A stretch of DNA of 64,000 nt, from the NCBI GenBank assembly GCA_964475485.1, contig CAYYWY010000003.1, positions 10,485 to 74,484 of the forward strand. Direction: 5' to 3'. The notes under the pieces were generated by a model. It saw nothing but the letters and a program-made list of their open reading frames with translations. It was not told the origin of the DNA and made no database searches. Below, one piece after another: positions 20,650 to 30,568 of the stretch; position 1 is the stretch's first letter; the number at the start of each line of letters is the position of its first letter. The position numbers and the translations under genes were made by a program. The DNA comes from an uncultured Nitrospiraceae bacterium (GTDB lineage Bacteria > Nitrospirota > Thermodesulfovibrionia > Thermodesulfovibrionales > UBA9159).

Positions 20650-22041
20650 ATGTTTGAACGGTACAGGACCATCCATTTTGTGGGAATCGGCGGCATAGGG
20701 ATGAGCGGGATCGCAGAGGTGCTCCGCAACCTCGGCTATGAGGTGACAGGTTCGGACATCAAGGAGTCCGAAACGATCGCGCGGCTGAGAGACCTTGGCA
20801 TAAAGGTTTACATAGGCCATGGGTCCGAAAATATAGATGATGCCCACGTTGTTGTAGTCTCATCTGCCGTGTCGGCCGGAAATCCCGAGGTTGCCGCCGC
20901 TCGGGAAAGATCCATTCCTGTAATCCCCAGGGCGGAGATGCTGGCGGAACTGGGGAGGTTGAAATACGGGATACTGATTGCAGGCGCTCACGGCAAGACT
21001 ACGACGACTTCTCTTATAGCCACTATACTCGGCCATGCCGGCTTGGACCCGACCGTAGTGATAGGGGGCAAGCTCAGGGCAACGGGAAGCAACGCCAAGC
21101 TCGGCTACGGGGAGTTTATTGTAGCCGAAGCGGATGAGAGCGACGGCTCGTTTCTGAAGCTTTCTCCCACAATTGCGGTAGTGACCAACATCGACAGGGA
21201 ACATATGGATTTCTTCAGGAACATGGATTCCCTGAAAGACGCCTTTGTCTCCTTCATAAACAAGGTCCCCTTTTACGGATTGTCCATACTCTGCATTGAG
21301 AACGAGTTCGTCAGAGAAATACTCCCGAGGGTTCACAGGCGTTCCATCACTTATGGATTCTCGGATGACGCGGATGTGTCGGCAACCAATATGGAGAAGG
21401 GTTTCCTTTCAGTTAGTTTTGATGTCAGGTACAAGGGAAACGATATGGGCCGCTTTTTGCTTCCGATGCCCGGCATGCACAGCGTGCTCAACAGCCTTGC
21501 GAGCATTATCGTTGCCGCCGAGCTCAAAGTAGATCCCGACTGCATGAGGGAAGCCCTTCAGGGCTTCAGCGGAATACAGAGGAGGTTTGAGTTCAAGGGC
21601 GAACTGAACGGCATAAGATTTTTCGACGACTACGGCCATCATCCAGCAGAGATAAGAGCCACGCTCAGGGCTGCAAAGGAGTCAGTGGGTCGGGACCGTG
21701 GAGATGGGAGGGTGTTCGTGCTCTTTCAGCCCCACCGGTATACCAGGACAAGGGATCTTCTTACTGAGTTCGGATCTTCCTTCTCGGATGCCGATGCCGT
21801 CTGTGTGATGGATATCTATCCGGCGGGGGAAAAGCCTATCGAGGGAGTGAATGCCCGGGAGATTGTGAAAGCGATAAAGGAAAACGGTCACGGGAGCGCT
21901 GTCCACATCGCAGACAGGAACGAACTCCTGGAGACCATTGCAGGGGAGCTGAGACCGAATGATCTTTTTATTACCATCGGTGCAGGAGATGTCTGGAAAA
22001 CAGGAGAAGAGTTGCTTAGGAAGATGAAGGGCGGAATGTGA
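20650..22041 (+). CDS. murC: UDP-N-acetylmuramate--L-alanine ligase
   Basis: HFVGIGGIGMSGIAEVL and GAHGKTTTTS motifs; 463 aa. Confidence 0.95.
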   Translation: MFERYRTIHFVGIGGIGMSGIAEVLRNLGYEVTGSDIKESETIARLRDLGIKVYIGHGSENIDDAHVVVVSSAVSAGNPEVAAARERSIPVIPRAEMLAELGRLKYGILIAGAHGKTTTTSLIATILGHAGLDPTVVIGGKLRATGSNAKLGYGEFIVAEADESDGSFLKLSPTIAVVTNIDREHMDFFRNMDSLKDAFVSFINKVPFYGLSILCIENEFVREILPRVHRRSITYGFSDDADVSATNMEKGFLSVSFDVRYKGNDMGRFLLPMPGMHSVLNSLASIIVAAELKVDPDCMREALQGFSGIQRRFEFKGELNGIRFFDDYGHHPAEIRATLRAAKESVGRDRGDGRVFVLFQPHRYTRTRDLLTEFGSSFSDADAVCVMDIYPAGEKPIEGVNAREIVKAIKENGHGSAVHIADRNELLETIAGELRPNDLFITIGAGDVWKTGEELLRKMKGGM

Positions 22042-22973
22042 CGGTGGATCAATTTTTAGGTGAGAGGATCAAGGAGATATTCGGAGGGGATGCCTTTGCA
22101 GGGGACGTGCTTGTCAGCGAGCCTATGAGGGACCACACAACCATCAGGATAGGTGGGCCTGCTGACATCTATGCGATGCCCGGGAATCTGCTCTCCCTGA
22201 AAAATCTCATCACGGCGCTTAATGGAGAGAGTATTTCTGTGATGCCCCTCGGAGGAGGCAGCAACATTTTGGTGTCTGATGAAGGGATAGACGGGATGGT
22301 CATCTCGACGGTCTCCCTTAATCATGTGGAGACGATAGAGGAGAGCGATGAAGATGTGAGGCTTTTTGTGGAGGCCGGGACCCCTCTCCAGAAACTCGTA
22401 AACCTTTCGAGGACGCAAGGATATAAAGGCATTGAAGGTCTTGCCGGCATCCCGGGGTTCGTGGGAGGGGCTGTGCGGGGGAACGCAGGCTCATTTGGTT
22501 ATGAGATGGGCGATGTTGTGGAGTCGGTGACTGTAATCGACACGGGAGGGAGAATATTCACCATAGAAAAGGATGATTTAGGGTTCGGCTACCGGTCTTC
22601 CGCCTTGGCCGAAGGTATCATTCTCCTCAGCGCGAACATAAGGCTCAAGAAGGATGACGAGCATGAAGTGACGAAAAGGGTGAGCGGCTTTCTCCGTGAG
22701 AAGATGGAGAAACAGCCGATATCTAAGTTTTCGGCGGGGTGTGTGTTCAAGAACCCCCCGCTAGCCTATGCAGGCAGGCTCATTGATGAATCGGGATGCA
22801 AGGGTATGAGGAGGGGAGACGTGGAGGTGAGCAGCCTTCACGCGAATTTCTTTGTCAACAGGGGAAACGGGAAGGCAAGGGATTTCCTCTGGTTGATGGA
22901 AGAAGTGAAGGAGCGGGTTATAAAATCGTTTGGCATCGAACTGGAAACGGAGATAAAGGTGGTCGGGAGATAA
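22038..22973 (+). CDS. murB: UDP-N-acetylenolpyruvoylglucosamine reductase
   Basis: 311 aa. FAD-binding domain (GGGSNILV) and C-terminal SAGCVFKNP. The GTG start overlaps the murC stop. Confidence 0.93.
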   Translation: MTVDQFLGERIKEIFGGDAFAGDVLVSEPMRDHTTIRIGGPADIYAMPGNLLSLKNLITALNGESISVMPLGGGSNILVSDEGIDGMVISTVSLNHVETIEESDEDVRLFVEAGTPLQKLVNLSRTQGYKGIEGLAGIPGFVGGAVRGNAGSFGYEMGDVVESVTVIDTGGRIFTIEKDDLGFGYRSSALAEGIILLSANIRLKKDDEHEVTKRVSGFLREKMEKQPISKFSAGCVFKNPPLAYAGRLIDESGCKGMRRGDVEVSSLHANFFVNRGNGKARDFLWLMEEVKERVIKSFGIELETEIKVVGR

Positions 22974-23200
22974 TGAGCAGTGATCAGAGCTGGCATGTAA
23001 GGGTCCAAGACCTCCAGACGTGGCGGATCTTTTCCGGCGTCTATTTGGAATCATTTTCAGAAGGCATGGAATGTGATTCAAACCCCCGCAAGGGGTTCGC
23101 AATCGTGAATGTGGCTGGCAAATACTTCAAGGTGTCGCCTGAAGCTTTTTCACATTACATGCCTGTCCGTTTAGGGAAGGAGTTCATTCCATGCCTATAA
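22973..23200 (+). CDS. candidate 75-aa protein filling the murB-ddl spacer (unrecognised family)
   Basis: The ATG overlaps the murB stop (TAATG) and the stop lies 10 nt inside ddl. This is the only ORF filling the single large gap in the cluster. No homology recognised, so coding status is uncertain. Confidence 0.35.
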   Translation: MSSDQSWHVRVQDLQTWRIFSGVYLESFSEGMECDSNPRKGFAIVNVAGKYFKVSPEAFSHYMPVRLGKEFIPCL

Positions 23201-24117
23201 CAGTTAAGAGGATAGGAGTGCTGATGGGAGGGGTTTCCGCCGAGAGAGAGGTATCGTTGAAGAGCGGTACAGCGGTGTTCAACGCGTTAAAAGGCCTCGG
23301 ATACGATGTTGTTGCCGTTGACGTCGGGCATGACATTTGCGAGGTTCTGAAAAGAGACGGCATCGATGTAGCGTTCCTAATCCTCCATGGCGGATACGGA
23401 GAAGACGGCTCCATCCAGGGCCTCCTGGAAGTCATCGGCATTCCCTATACCGGTTCAGGCGTCCTTGCCTCTGCCCTCGCCATGGACAAGGATGCATCGA
23501 AGAAGGTTTTCCTTTCCGGGGGAATCCCTGTACCGCCATTTAAGGTAGTGACCCGTGACGCGTTACGCGTCACTTGCAACACAGGCTTCGACCTGCCTTG
23601 GGTCATAAAACCTGCAGCGGAGGGATCCAGCATAGGGGTGAGTATAGTAAGGGATAAGGCGTCAGCGGATTCGGCGATGGAAAAGGCCCTGAGCTTTGGG
23701 AACAGGGTGATTGTCGAAAAACACATACCCGGGAAGGAGATCCAGGTGGGTATCCTCAATGGAAGGATCCTTGGTTCGGTGGAGGTGAGACCGAAACTGG
23801 AGTTCTATAGTTATGAAGCCAAATACACTTCCGGTCTGACCGACTACATCCTTCCTCCCGAGGTGGAAAAAGACACACTCAGGAAAGCGGAGGAGGTTGC
23901 CCTCTCAGCGCACACTTTGCTCGGATGCAGGGGCGCCACGAGAGTCGACCTCATTGTGGATGAAAATGGTAAACCTCATGTTCTTGAAGTGAACACTATT
24001 CCGGGAATGACAGAGACAAGTCTTCTTCCGAAGATAGCGAGGCTCTCCGGACTTGACTTTCCGGACCTTTTGGAGGAGATTCTCAAGGATGCGCTCGCAA
24101 AAAGAGGGAGGTTATGA
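23191..24117 (+). CDS. ddl: D-alanine--D-alanine ligase
   Basis: 308 aa. [23 protein letters not shown] and EVNTIPGMT (ATP-grasp). RBS GGGAAGGAG. Confidence 0.95.
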   Translation: MPITVKRIGVLMGGVSAEREVSLKSGTAVFNALKGLGYDVVAVDVGHDICEVLKRDGIDVAFLILHGGYGEDGSIQGLLEVIGIPYTGSGVLASALAMDKDASKKVFLSGGIPVPPFKVVTRDALRVTCNTGFDLPWVIKPAAEGSSIGVSIVRDKASADSAMEKALSFGNRVIVEKHIPGKEIQVGILNGRILGSVEVRPKLEFYSYEAKYTSGLTDYILPPEVEKDTLRKAEEVALSAHTLLGCRGATRVDLIVDENGKPHVLEVNTIPGMTETSLLPKIARLSGLDFPDLLEEILKDALAKRGRL

Positions 24118-24905
24118 GGTTTTCGGAGAAGAAGAAGGGATCCTCAGGATCATCCATGAACAGAAAGGGACCGGGGAAAGGCCTGTTGAGGAAGCGTCCT
24201 TTTATTGCCTTAGTCCTGATCCTGTCGGCCGCCACAGGGGTTTTTTTCGGGCTCAGGGCGGCTTACAGGGCAAGCGATAAGCTGCTGCCCGTAAAGGAAG
24301 TGATCTTTCTCGGAAATACTCACCTCACCGATGGCGAATTGATGTCACTGTCGGGGATCAGGGGAGACGAGGGTTTCCTTACCCTTTCTCCGAAGGATAT
24401 TTCCGCGAAGCTCCTTCAGTCTGCATGGATCAGGGAGGTCAGTGTCAGAAAGGAGTTGTCCCGGAGGGTCCTGATAAAGATCGAAGAGACATCCCCTTTT
24501 GCGATCCTCGAGATGAAAGGCAAGTCCTTTCTCATCGACGAGAAGGGCGTGATGCTTGAAGAGATGAAAGGCGCCGTGCCGTTTCTTCCGGTGATCATCG
24601 CAGACCCATTTAAGAACCGAGACAATTTTCTGGAGGCCCTCAATCTCGCCAGGGTCCTTAAGGATAAGAAAGTCGCCACGGAGAGAAACAGGGTCGAGAT
24701 CATCGCGGGCAGGGACCCCGAGAGCATCTCAGTGGTCCTGGACAACGTGCTCATAAAGGTGGGCTGGGGGGATTATGAACAGAAGCTCACGAGGCTCTTC
24801 GAACTTGAAGACGAGATAAAGAAGAGGGGGATAACGCTGGATTACGTTGACCTCAGGTTCGCAAACAGGGTAGTGGTGAAACCCATCAGCGAGGTGGTGA
24901 GATGA
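24114..24905 (+). CDS. ftsQ: cell division protein FtsQ
   Basis: 263 aa. Basic N-terminus, TM ([17 protein letters not shown]) and a POTRA-like segment [16 protein letters not shown] overlap with ddl. Confidence 0.85.
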   Translation: MRFSEKKKGSSGSSMNRKGPGKGLLRKRPFIALVLILSAATGVFFGLRAAYRASDKLLPVKEVIFLGNTHLTDGELMSLSGIRGDEGFLTLSPKDISAKLLQSAWIREVSVRKELSRRVLIKIEETSPFAILEMKGKSFLIDEKGVMLEEMKGAVPFLPVIIADPFKNRDNFLEALNLARVLKDKKVATERNRVEIIAGRDPESISVVLDNVLIKVGWGDYEQKLTRLFELEDEIKKRGITLDYVDLRFANRVVVKPISEVVR

Positions 24906-26173
24906 TCCTTGGAAATAATGAAGAAGGGGATTTTGCCGTAGGCCTCGATGTGGGCACTACCAAGATCTGCGCCATCTCTGGAAAGTTGGAGGGGGGAAAA
25001 ATCAGGATTCTGTCGAAGGGGTCTTCTTATTCGCGTGGTCTTAGAAAGGGCATTGTGGTGGATGCAGGGCTCGCTTCCGCCTCGGTCAGGCAGGCGGTGA
25101 AAGATGCGGAGACTTGCATGGGGGCCAAGATACGGTCTGTCTTTGTAGGCATCGCGGGAGGACACATCAAGGGGTTCAATGGTTACGGCGCGATTAGCGT
25201 CAAGGGCGGAGTGGTAAGGGAAGAAGATGTGGACAGGCTAATGGATTCTGCAGGAGCCGTATGCGTCCCCGCCGACAGGGAGATCCTCCATGTAATACCC
25301 GCTGGTTTCAGACTCGACGGCAACAACGGCGTCATGGAGCCTGTTGGCATGCCGTGCGAGAGGCTCGAAGCAAGGGTACACATTGTCACAGGCTCTGTGG
25401 CGTCAGTCAGGAGCCTTGTACACTGTTGCGAGACAGCGGGAGTCGAAGTGAGCGACATCGTCCTCGAGCCCCTTGCCTCTGCCGATGCGGTGCTCAATGA
25501 AGAAGAGAAAAAAAGAGGTGTCGGCCTTGTGGATATCGGGGGCGGGACTACTGACATCGCTGTTTACAGGGACGGTATCCTGAAACATACTGCGGTACTA
25601 GCGCTGGGCGGCAACCATATCACCAACGATATTGCAGTCGGCCTTGGAATTTCTGCTGAGGAGGCGGAAAGGATAAAGAAGCTCTTTGGACATGCCTCGG
25701 CGGGCAGTGCTGACGGAAGGTCGGAGATCGATATCAGGGCAGAGGACGGACTGCCTACGAAAGTTCCTTTGAAACACCTTTCAGAGATCATACAGCCAAG
25801 ATGTGAGGAGATCCTGGCTCTCGTAAATAGGGAGTTGAGCGGGGGGGCAGGTTCCCGGAGCCATCTCCCGGTTGTGCTTACAGGAGGAACGTCTCTCCTT
25901 AGGGGGATAGATGCCATGGCCGCATCGATCCTCGGGGTCCCTGTAAGGATAGGAGTTCCCGGGAAGATGCTTAATGGTGAAGGAGTGAGCAGTCCGGAGT
26001 ATGCAACGGGCGTGGGCCTTCTCAGGTACGGCCTGCATCACGCCGGCGAAAGTTCTGTGGCGTTTCCCGGAAAGCGGCTCGCCGCAGGCTTTGTATTAGA
26101 ACGGATGAAGCATTGGGTTAAAGGTTTTTTTGTAGATAACAACAGGGAAAGAAAGGAGGAGTGGGATGTTTGA
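24902..26173 (+). CDS. ftsA: cell division protein FtsA
   Basis: Actin-like ATPase motifs GLDVGTTKICA and DIGGGTTDIAV, plus a C-terminal amphipathic helix. Confidence 0.95.
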   Translation: MILGNNEEGDFAVGLDVGTTKICAISGKLEGGKIRILSKGSSYSRGLRKGIVVDAGLASASVRQAVKDAETCMGAKIRSVFVGIAGGHIKGFNGYGAISVKGGVVREEDVDRLMDSAGAVCVPADREILHVIPAGFRLDGNNGVMEPVGMPCERLEARVHIVTGSVASVRSLVHCCETAGVEVSDIVLEPLASADAVLNEEEKKRGVGLVDIGGGTTDIAVYRDGILKHTAVLALGGNHITNDIAVGLGISAEEAERIKKLFGHASAGSADGRSEIDIRAEDGLPTKVPLKHLSEIIQPRCEEILALVNRELSGGAGSRSHLPVVLTGGTSLLRGIDAMAASILGVPVRIGVPGKMLNGEGVSSPEYATGVGLLRYGLHHAGESSVAFPGKRLAAGFVLERMKHWVKGFFVDNNRERKEEWDV

Positions 26174-27317
26174 GATCGATGATGTGAAGGGGCAGACGGC
26201 AAAGATTAAAGTTGTAGGGGTAGGAGGAGCAGGGGGAAATGCTGTAAACAACATGATCGCATCGAACCTTGAGGGCGTGGAATTCATCTCCATAAATACC
26301 GATACTCAGGTTTTGGACACGTCGCTTGCACCGAGAAAGGTGCAGATAGGAGCCTCTATAACCAAGGGTCTCGGGGCCGGTTCCAACCCCCAGATCGGGC
26401 ATCAGTCGGCCCTCGAGGACAGACCGTCCGTTGTGGAGGCATTGGAAGGAGCCGACATGGTCTTCATTACGGCAGGAATGGGCGGGGGGACCGGAACAGG
26501 TGCCTCTCCTGTTGTTGCGGCTGTGGCAAAGGAACTGGGAGCCCTTACAGTGGCCGTTGTGACAAGGCCTTTCTTCTACGAGGGGAAGACGCGGGCGCTG
26601 AATGCGGACGACGGGATCAGGGAACTGAGGAACAATGTCGACACCATTATCGTAATTCCCAACGACAGGATCGTTCTTGTAGCCGACAAGAATACCCCCT
26701 TGCTGAAGGGTTTCAGCATCGCCAACGATGTCCTGAAACAGGCTGTTCAGGGGATATCGGACATAATCCTGAAACCCGGGCTCATCAATGTCGATTTCGC
26801 CGACGTAAAGACTGTGATGCAGAACACGGGCAAGGCTGTAATGGGAACAGGGATCGGAAAGGGACAGGGAGCAGCGGCTGAAGCAGCTAAGAAAGCCATC
26901 TTGAACCCTCTTTTGGAGGACTCCACGATAGACGGGGCCAGAGGCATCCTCCTGAATATCACCGGCGGTATAAATCTTTCTCTCAGCGACGTGCAGGAGG
27001 CCGCTTCCATCGTCTACGATTCAGCCCATGAGAGCGCAACGATCATAATCGGCAATGTCATAGATCCCGATATCGAGGACGAGGTGAGGATCACGGTCAT
27101 CGCCACGGGGTTTGAGGAGAAGAAAGAAAAGGCGGAACTGCCGCAGATAAAGAAATGGACGCCGGTGAGCGAGCCTGTTGCATTCAGGGCCGCGGGCAGG
27201 GTGCTTGCCAAGAATCTTTCCCGCGGCGTTATGCTGGATGCGATCCCCTCGGACCTGATGCCTTTTGAGGACCCCCTTGATGTCCCCACCTTCATGAGGA
27301 ACATGCCTCAGAAGTAG
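26166..27317 (+). CDS. ftsZ: cell division protein FtsZ
   Basis: [13 protein letters not shown], tubulin signature [11 protein letters not shown], and the C-terminal peptide DVPTFMR. Confidence 0.98.
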   Translation: MFEIDDVKGQTAKIKVVGVGGAGGNAVNNMIASNLEGVEFISINTDTQVLDTSLAPRKVQIGASITKGLGAGSNPQIGHQSALEDRPSVVEALEGADMVFITAGMGGGTGTGASPVVAAVAKELGALTVAVVTRPFFYEGKTRALNADDGIRELRNNVDTIIVIPNDRIVLVADKNTPLLKGFSIANDVLKQAVQGISDIILKPGLINVDFADVKTVMQNTGKAVMGTGIGKGQGAAAEAAKKAILNPLLEDSTIDGARGILLNITGGINLSLSDVQEAASIVYDSAHESATIIIGNVIDPDIEDEVRITVIATGFEEKKEKAELPQIKKWTPVSEPVAFRAAGRVLAKNLSRGVMLDAIPSDLMPFEDPLDVPTFMRNMPQK

Positions 27318-27337
27318 ATGTAGTTCCCTCCGCCAGA

Positions 27338-27402
27338 GGGGCCTCCCTCCCCCCAGGGAGGCCCCACCCCCCCTGCTTGAAACGCCGATTGTTTCCAGCA
27401 GG
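27338..27402. terminator. two tandem GC-rich hairpins between convergent ftsZ and the radical SAM gene
   Basis: Hairpin 1 is GGGGCCTCCCT-cccccc-AGGGAGGCCCC (27338-27365, perfect 11 bp). Hairpin 2 is CCTGCT.GAAAC-gccgatt-GTTTC.AGCAGG (27372-27402). Neither has a clear U-tract. Confidence 0.4.
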
Positions 27403-27638
27403 TATTCCATTGATTCCCGACATGAGCCTCCCGATGAAAGCCCCTTGAGGCTATATTTACCCATGAATTAGCATATGTAGCATGAATCAAGGAAGTACGG
27501 ATATCTATCCCGCACGGACATCACCCTTTTCACGAACGAACCGGGTCAGACCCCTCTTGACAGATCCAAGGTAACTATTGAACAAAACACCCGTTTCTTC
27601 GATGTCCTTGAAAGAAGGCAAGAACAGGTTGCTTTTCC

Positions 27639-28991
27639 CTACCTTCTGAACGTCCTCCATAGCGGGAGTTTGCGGTGGAGGAAGCGGAGCAGTTTCGGTC
27701 CCAGTGCCGAGCTCCAGTCGCGCTGGCCCGGCAGGAACCAGTTCCGTCTCGACAGGGCGTAATTGCAGACCCTCCGGGGGAGCCCTTCATCTTCTCCGTG
27801 AAAATAGAATCTGGGTCTGAGAAGTTCTTCACCTGGGGAGATTACGCCGTCCTGCATGGCAATACGCTCAATCTCGGTGCCCGGATAAATACGGATCCCT
27901 GTCATCGCAATCACTGCCCTTGGTCTGATTTCATCCATCCTCCGGAATGTCTCATCCACTGTTTCCGGAGTCTCTCCGGGCCCGCCGAAAATAAGGGAGT
28001 GGCAAAAATCGATTCCCGCCTTCCGGCAGGCTTCTGAGACCCTCATGACATCCTTGACTGAGAACCCTTTCCTCAGTGATTTCAGCATTCCTTCCGAACA
28101 TGAGTCTGTGCCGAAATCCACAGCCACACATCCAGCTTCGGAAAGGAGCGAAAGGACTGAGGGGTCGGTCATCCCCGGTGAAACATAGCAGGAGAACCTG
28201 ATGGAGAGATGCCTGGAGATAATGGACCGGCAGACCTCTTCCATATGACGTTCATCAGCATTGAATGCGGAGTCGACGATAAAGAAATCCTGCTTGCCTT
28301 GCCTCCTGAAGAGAAAGGCCATTTCGTCAGCCACTGCCTCGGGAGGGCGCAGCCTCATTTTCCCTCCTTCAAGGAGCGGATAGGTGCAGTAAACACACCT
28401 GCGGGGACAGCCCCGTGCTGTCTGTATCCCTATGGTTCGGTATTTATGAAAGGAGGGGAAGATCTTATGTATGTCCTTTGGAAACTCGATCTGAGCGAGG
28501 TCATCAAGCCTTAATTGCGAAATGGAAAGCTCTGAACTTCCGCGTCGCTCAACTTCTGCACTCTCATCCTTCTTCCCTCTGCAGAGACGGACCATGCCTT
28601 CTTCGCCATCTCCCGCCACGCCTGCATCCGCACCGAGAATGCTCAGGAGTTCATAGGGGAAGATAGAAAAAGCAGAACCGCCGACAAAAACTGGGACGGA
28701 AGAGTACCTTCTGATCGTGTCCATAAGCGAGACATATCCGTTCATATAGCATCTTGTGAAAGGGTATGAAGCGTTGTCTATGTTGCGGAGGGAAAGCCCG
28801 ACAATGTCCGGATGGAACGTCTTCAATTCTTTAATTAGTGAGAGAAAGGGTAAATGTGTGGTCCCTGCGTCGAAGATCCTGACGTCCATTCCGTTGCGCG
28901 AAAGCGCAGAAGCCACGTATGCGGCGCCGAGGGGAAAAACGGGCTCAGGAAAGTGCTCCCTGTTGGCCGAGACAAGGAGGATGCGCCTCAT
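27639..28991 (-). CDS. B12-binding-domain radical SAM protein (class B, substrate unknown)
   Basis: 450 aa. N-terminal cobalamin-binding-like domain (RILLVSAN...VGLSL) and the radical SAM motif CPRRCVYCTYP (CxxxCxxC). Confidence 0.85.
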   Translation of the reverse strand: MRRILLVSANREHFPEPVFPLGAAYVASALSRNGMDVRIFDAGTTHLPFLSLIKELKTFHPDIVGLSLRNIDNASYPFTRCYMNGYVSLMDTIRRYSSVPVFVGGSAFSIFPYELLSILGADAGVAGDGEEGMVRLCRGKKDESAEVERRGSSELSISQLRLDDLAQIEFPKDIHKIFPSFHKYRTIGIQTARGCPRRCVYCTYPLLEGGKMRLRPPEAVADEMAFLFRRQGKQDFFIVDSAFNADERHMEEVCRSIISRHLSIRFSCYVSPGMTDPSVLSLLSEAGCVAVDFGTDSCSEGMLKSLRKGFSVKDVMRVSEACRKAGIDFCHSLIFGGPGETPETVDETFRRMDEIRPRAVIAMTGIRIYPGTEIERIAMQDGVISPGEELLRPRFYFHGEDEGLPRRVCNYALSRRNWFLPGQRDWSSALGPKLLRFLHRKLPLWRTFRR

Positions 28992-29119
28992 GTCTTCATT
29001 ATCCGATACATATTGTGCTCATTGCAACCCGGCTCCATGTCCGATCTTCACGGCTTATGACGCGGTTCTTGATATTCCTTCTATGAGTGATATTATATTA
29101 TTAAGGCACATTGCGATAA

Positions 29120-29548
29120 ATGCAGGAGATGGCGGCAGTGAGGTATCTTTCATTGTTCCTTGTCTCAGTCGCGGCAGGGGCTTTCCTCGTCTCCAGCGCA
29201 GTGGGACAGAAACACACTTTCAAGGCAGTGGTCGACAATGACGGTGTCCAGAGGGTTGATGTCCTGGCAGGAGAGTATTTCTTCAATCCCGACCATATCG
29301 TCGTAAAGGCGAATGTTCCGGTGGAGCTGAGTGTCAGAAAGGAACCCAGTATCGTGCCCCATAATTTTGTCATTAAGGCTCCGGAGGCTGGAATGGATGT
29401 TCTCCAATCCATCGGCACCGATCCCAAGTCAATCAAGTTCACGCCGACCATGGCGGGAAATTATGCCTTCTACTGCGACAAGAAACTTCTTTTCTTCGAG
29501 AGCCACAGGAAGAAAGGCATGGAAGGCGTAATAGAGGTCGTTGAGTAG
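29120..29548 (+). CDS. secreted cupredoxin-domain protein
   Basis: 142 aa with a signal peptide (YLSLFLVSVAAGAFLVSSAVG). Candidate type-1 Cu ligands are PHNF (His), FYC (Cys), SH (His) and GM (Met). Confidence 0.7.
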   Translation: MQEMAAVRYLSLFLVSVAAGAFLVSSAVGQKHTFKAVVDNDGVQRVDVLAGEYFFNPDHIVVKANVPVELSVRKEPSIVPHNFVIKAPEAGMDVLQSIGTDPKSIKFTPTMAGNYAFYCDKKLLFFESHRKKGMEGVIEVVE

Positions 29549-29663
29549 AGCATAACATCTGCGAAAAGGTGTGAGATACTGGGATGAGATGGTCTTTTCA
29601 CTTTTGTGCCGAGTGCTTTTTGCACGGGGTTCTTAACAAGGTTTGAGTGAGGAGGGAATGAGG

Positions 29664-30113
29664 ATGGACGCCATGACGATAACGAGCCCGGCATTTGAGG
29701 ACAACGGGAACATACCAGCCAGGTACACTTGTGACGGCAGGGATATCAACCCGCCACTTAAGTTCAATAACGTCCCGGCAGGCGCCAGGTCCCTTGCCCT
29801 GATTGTCGATGACCCGGACGCTCCGAGGGGCACTTGGGTCCACTGGGTGGTCTGGAACATCGATCCTGGGACGGCAGAGATCGGGGAAAACACCGTCCCG
29901 AAAGGTTCCGTTCAAGGGATGAACGATTTCGAGAAGCGTGACTATGGAGGACCCTGCCCGCCTTCAGGTATCCGCAGGTATTTTTTCAAGCTCTATGCCC
30001 TTGACACCCTGCTAAATTTCAGCTCCGATGCAGGGAAAGCAGGCCTCGAAAAGGCCATGGAGGGGCATATCCTGGCGAAGGCCCAGATTGTTGGGCTCTA
30101 CAAAAAGAGATAA
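29664..30113 (+). CDS. YbhB/YbcL-family PEBP (Raf kinase inhibitor-like) protein
   Basis: ITSPAFEDNGNIPARYTCDG...LALIVDDPDAPRGTWVHWVVWNI...GPCPPSG...HRY-like blocks. Start chosen 8 nt after the SD GGAGG; the ORF opens at 29643. Confidence 0.85.
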   Translation: MDAMTITSPAFEDNGNIPARYTCDGRDINPPLKFNNVPAGARSLALIVDDPDAPRGTWVHWVVWNIDPGTAEIGENTVPKGSVQGMNDFEKRDYGGPCPPSGIRRYFFKLYALDTLLNFSSDAGKAGLEKAMEGHILAKAQIVGLYKKR

Positions 30114-30189
30114 AAGGCGGGGAGGGTCTCTGTGGCCTGCCTGCTGGCAGGCGGGACTCTGTGGAAAACGATTGCTGAAAGGGGGTTCC

Positions 30190-30417
30190 ATGAAAAAAGG
30201 GTTCTTATTGCCCTTGTTCCTGGTTTTTGCCCTTGCCCTGTCCGCGTGCACGGGCGGCAGCGCGAAGGAGCTCTTCGAGACAGCCAAATTTGAGGAGGTG
30301 CAGAACAATAAGGAGCACGCCATCGAGCTGTATGAAGAGATTGTGAAGAAGCATCCGAAGAGCGAATACGCCAAAAGAGCCGAAGAGAGGCTGAAAAAGT
30401 TGAAGGAGAAGAAATAG
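30190..30417 (+). CDS. small lipoprotein with helical (TPR-like) domain
   Basis: 75 aa. MKKGFLLPLFLVFALALSAC has a lipobox L-S-A-C. The Lys/Glu-rich helical remainder is not recognised. Confidence 0.65.
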   Translation: MKKGFLLPLFLVFALALSACTGGSAKELFETAKFEEVQNNKEHAIELYEEIVKKHPKSEYAKRAEERLKKLKEKK

Positions 30418-30568
30418 GTCTGGTATTTGTCCCGCCTGTTGGGGTAAAATAACAACGCTGCTGCATTGTCCTGCCGGAGACATTGCCTGAAGTAATCGAC
30501 AAGCACCTCGTGGTACGTTCAGCGGCAGGAACGGACAGGAAGCGGAAAACACTGAGCAAGGTAGTAAT

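Noticed and set aside
22796-22972. Upstream part of the 134-aa ORF-track entry 22796..23200
   Set aside because: This portion lies out of frame inside the conserved C-terminus of murB. Only the segment from ATG 22973 onward occupies otherwise non-coding DNA, and only that segment is kept as a candidate.
27308-27490. 60-aa minus-strand ORF downstream of the radical SAM gene, considered as a possible RiPP precursor
   Set aside because: Its Gly/Pro-rich C-terminal half is simply the translation of the GC hairpins at 27338-27402. It runs 10 nt into the 3' end of ftsZ, has no RBS, and lies 150 nt downstream of, rather than upstream of or coupled to, the radical SAM gene.
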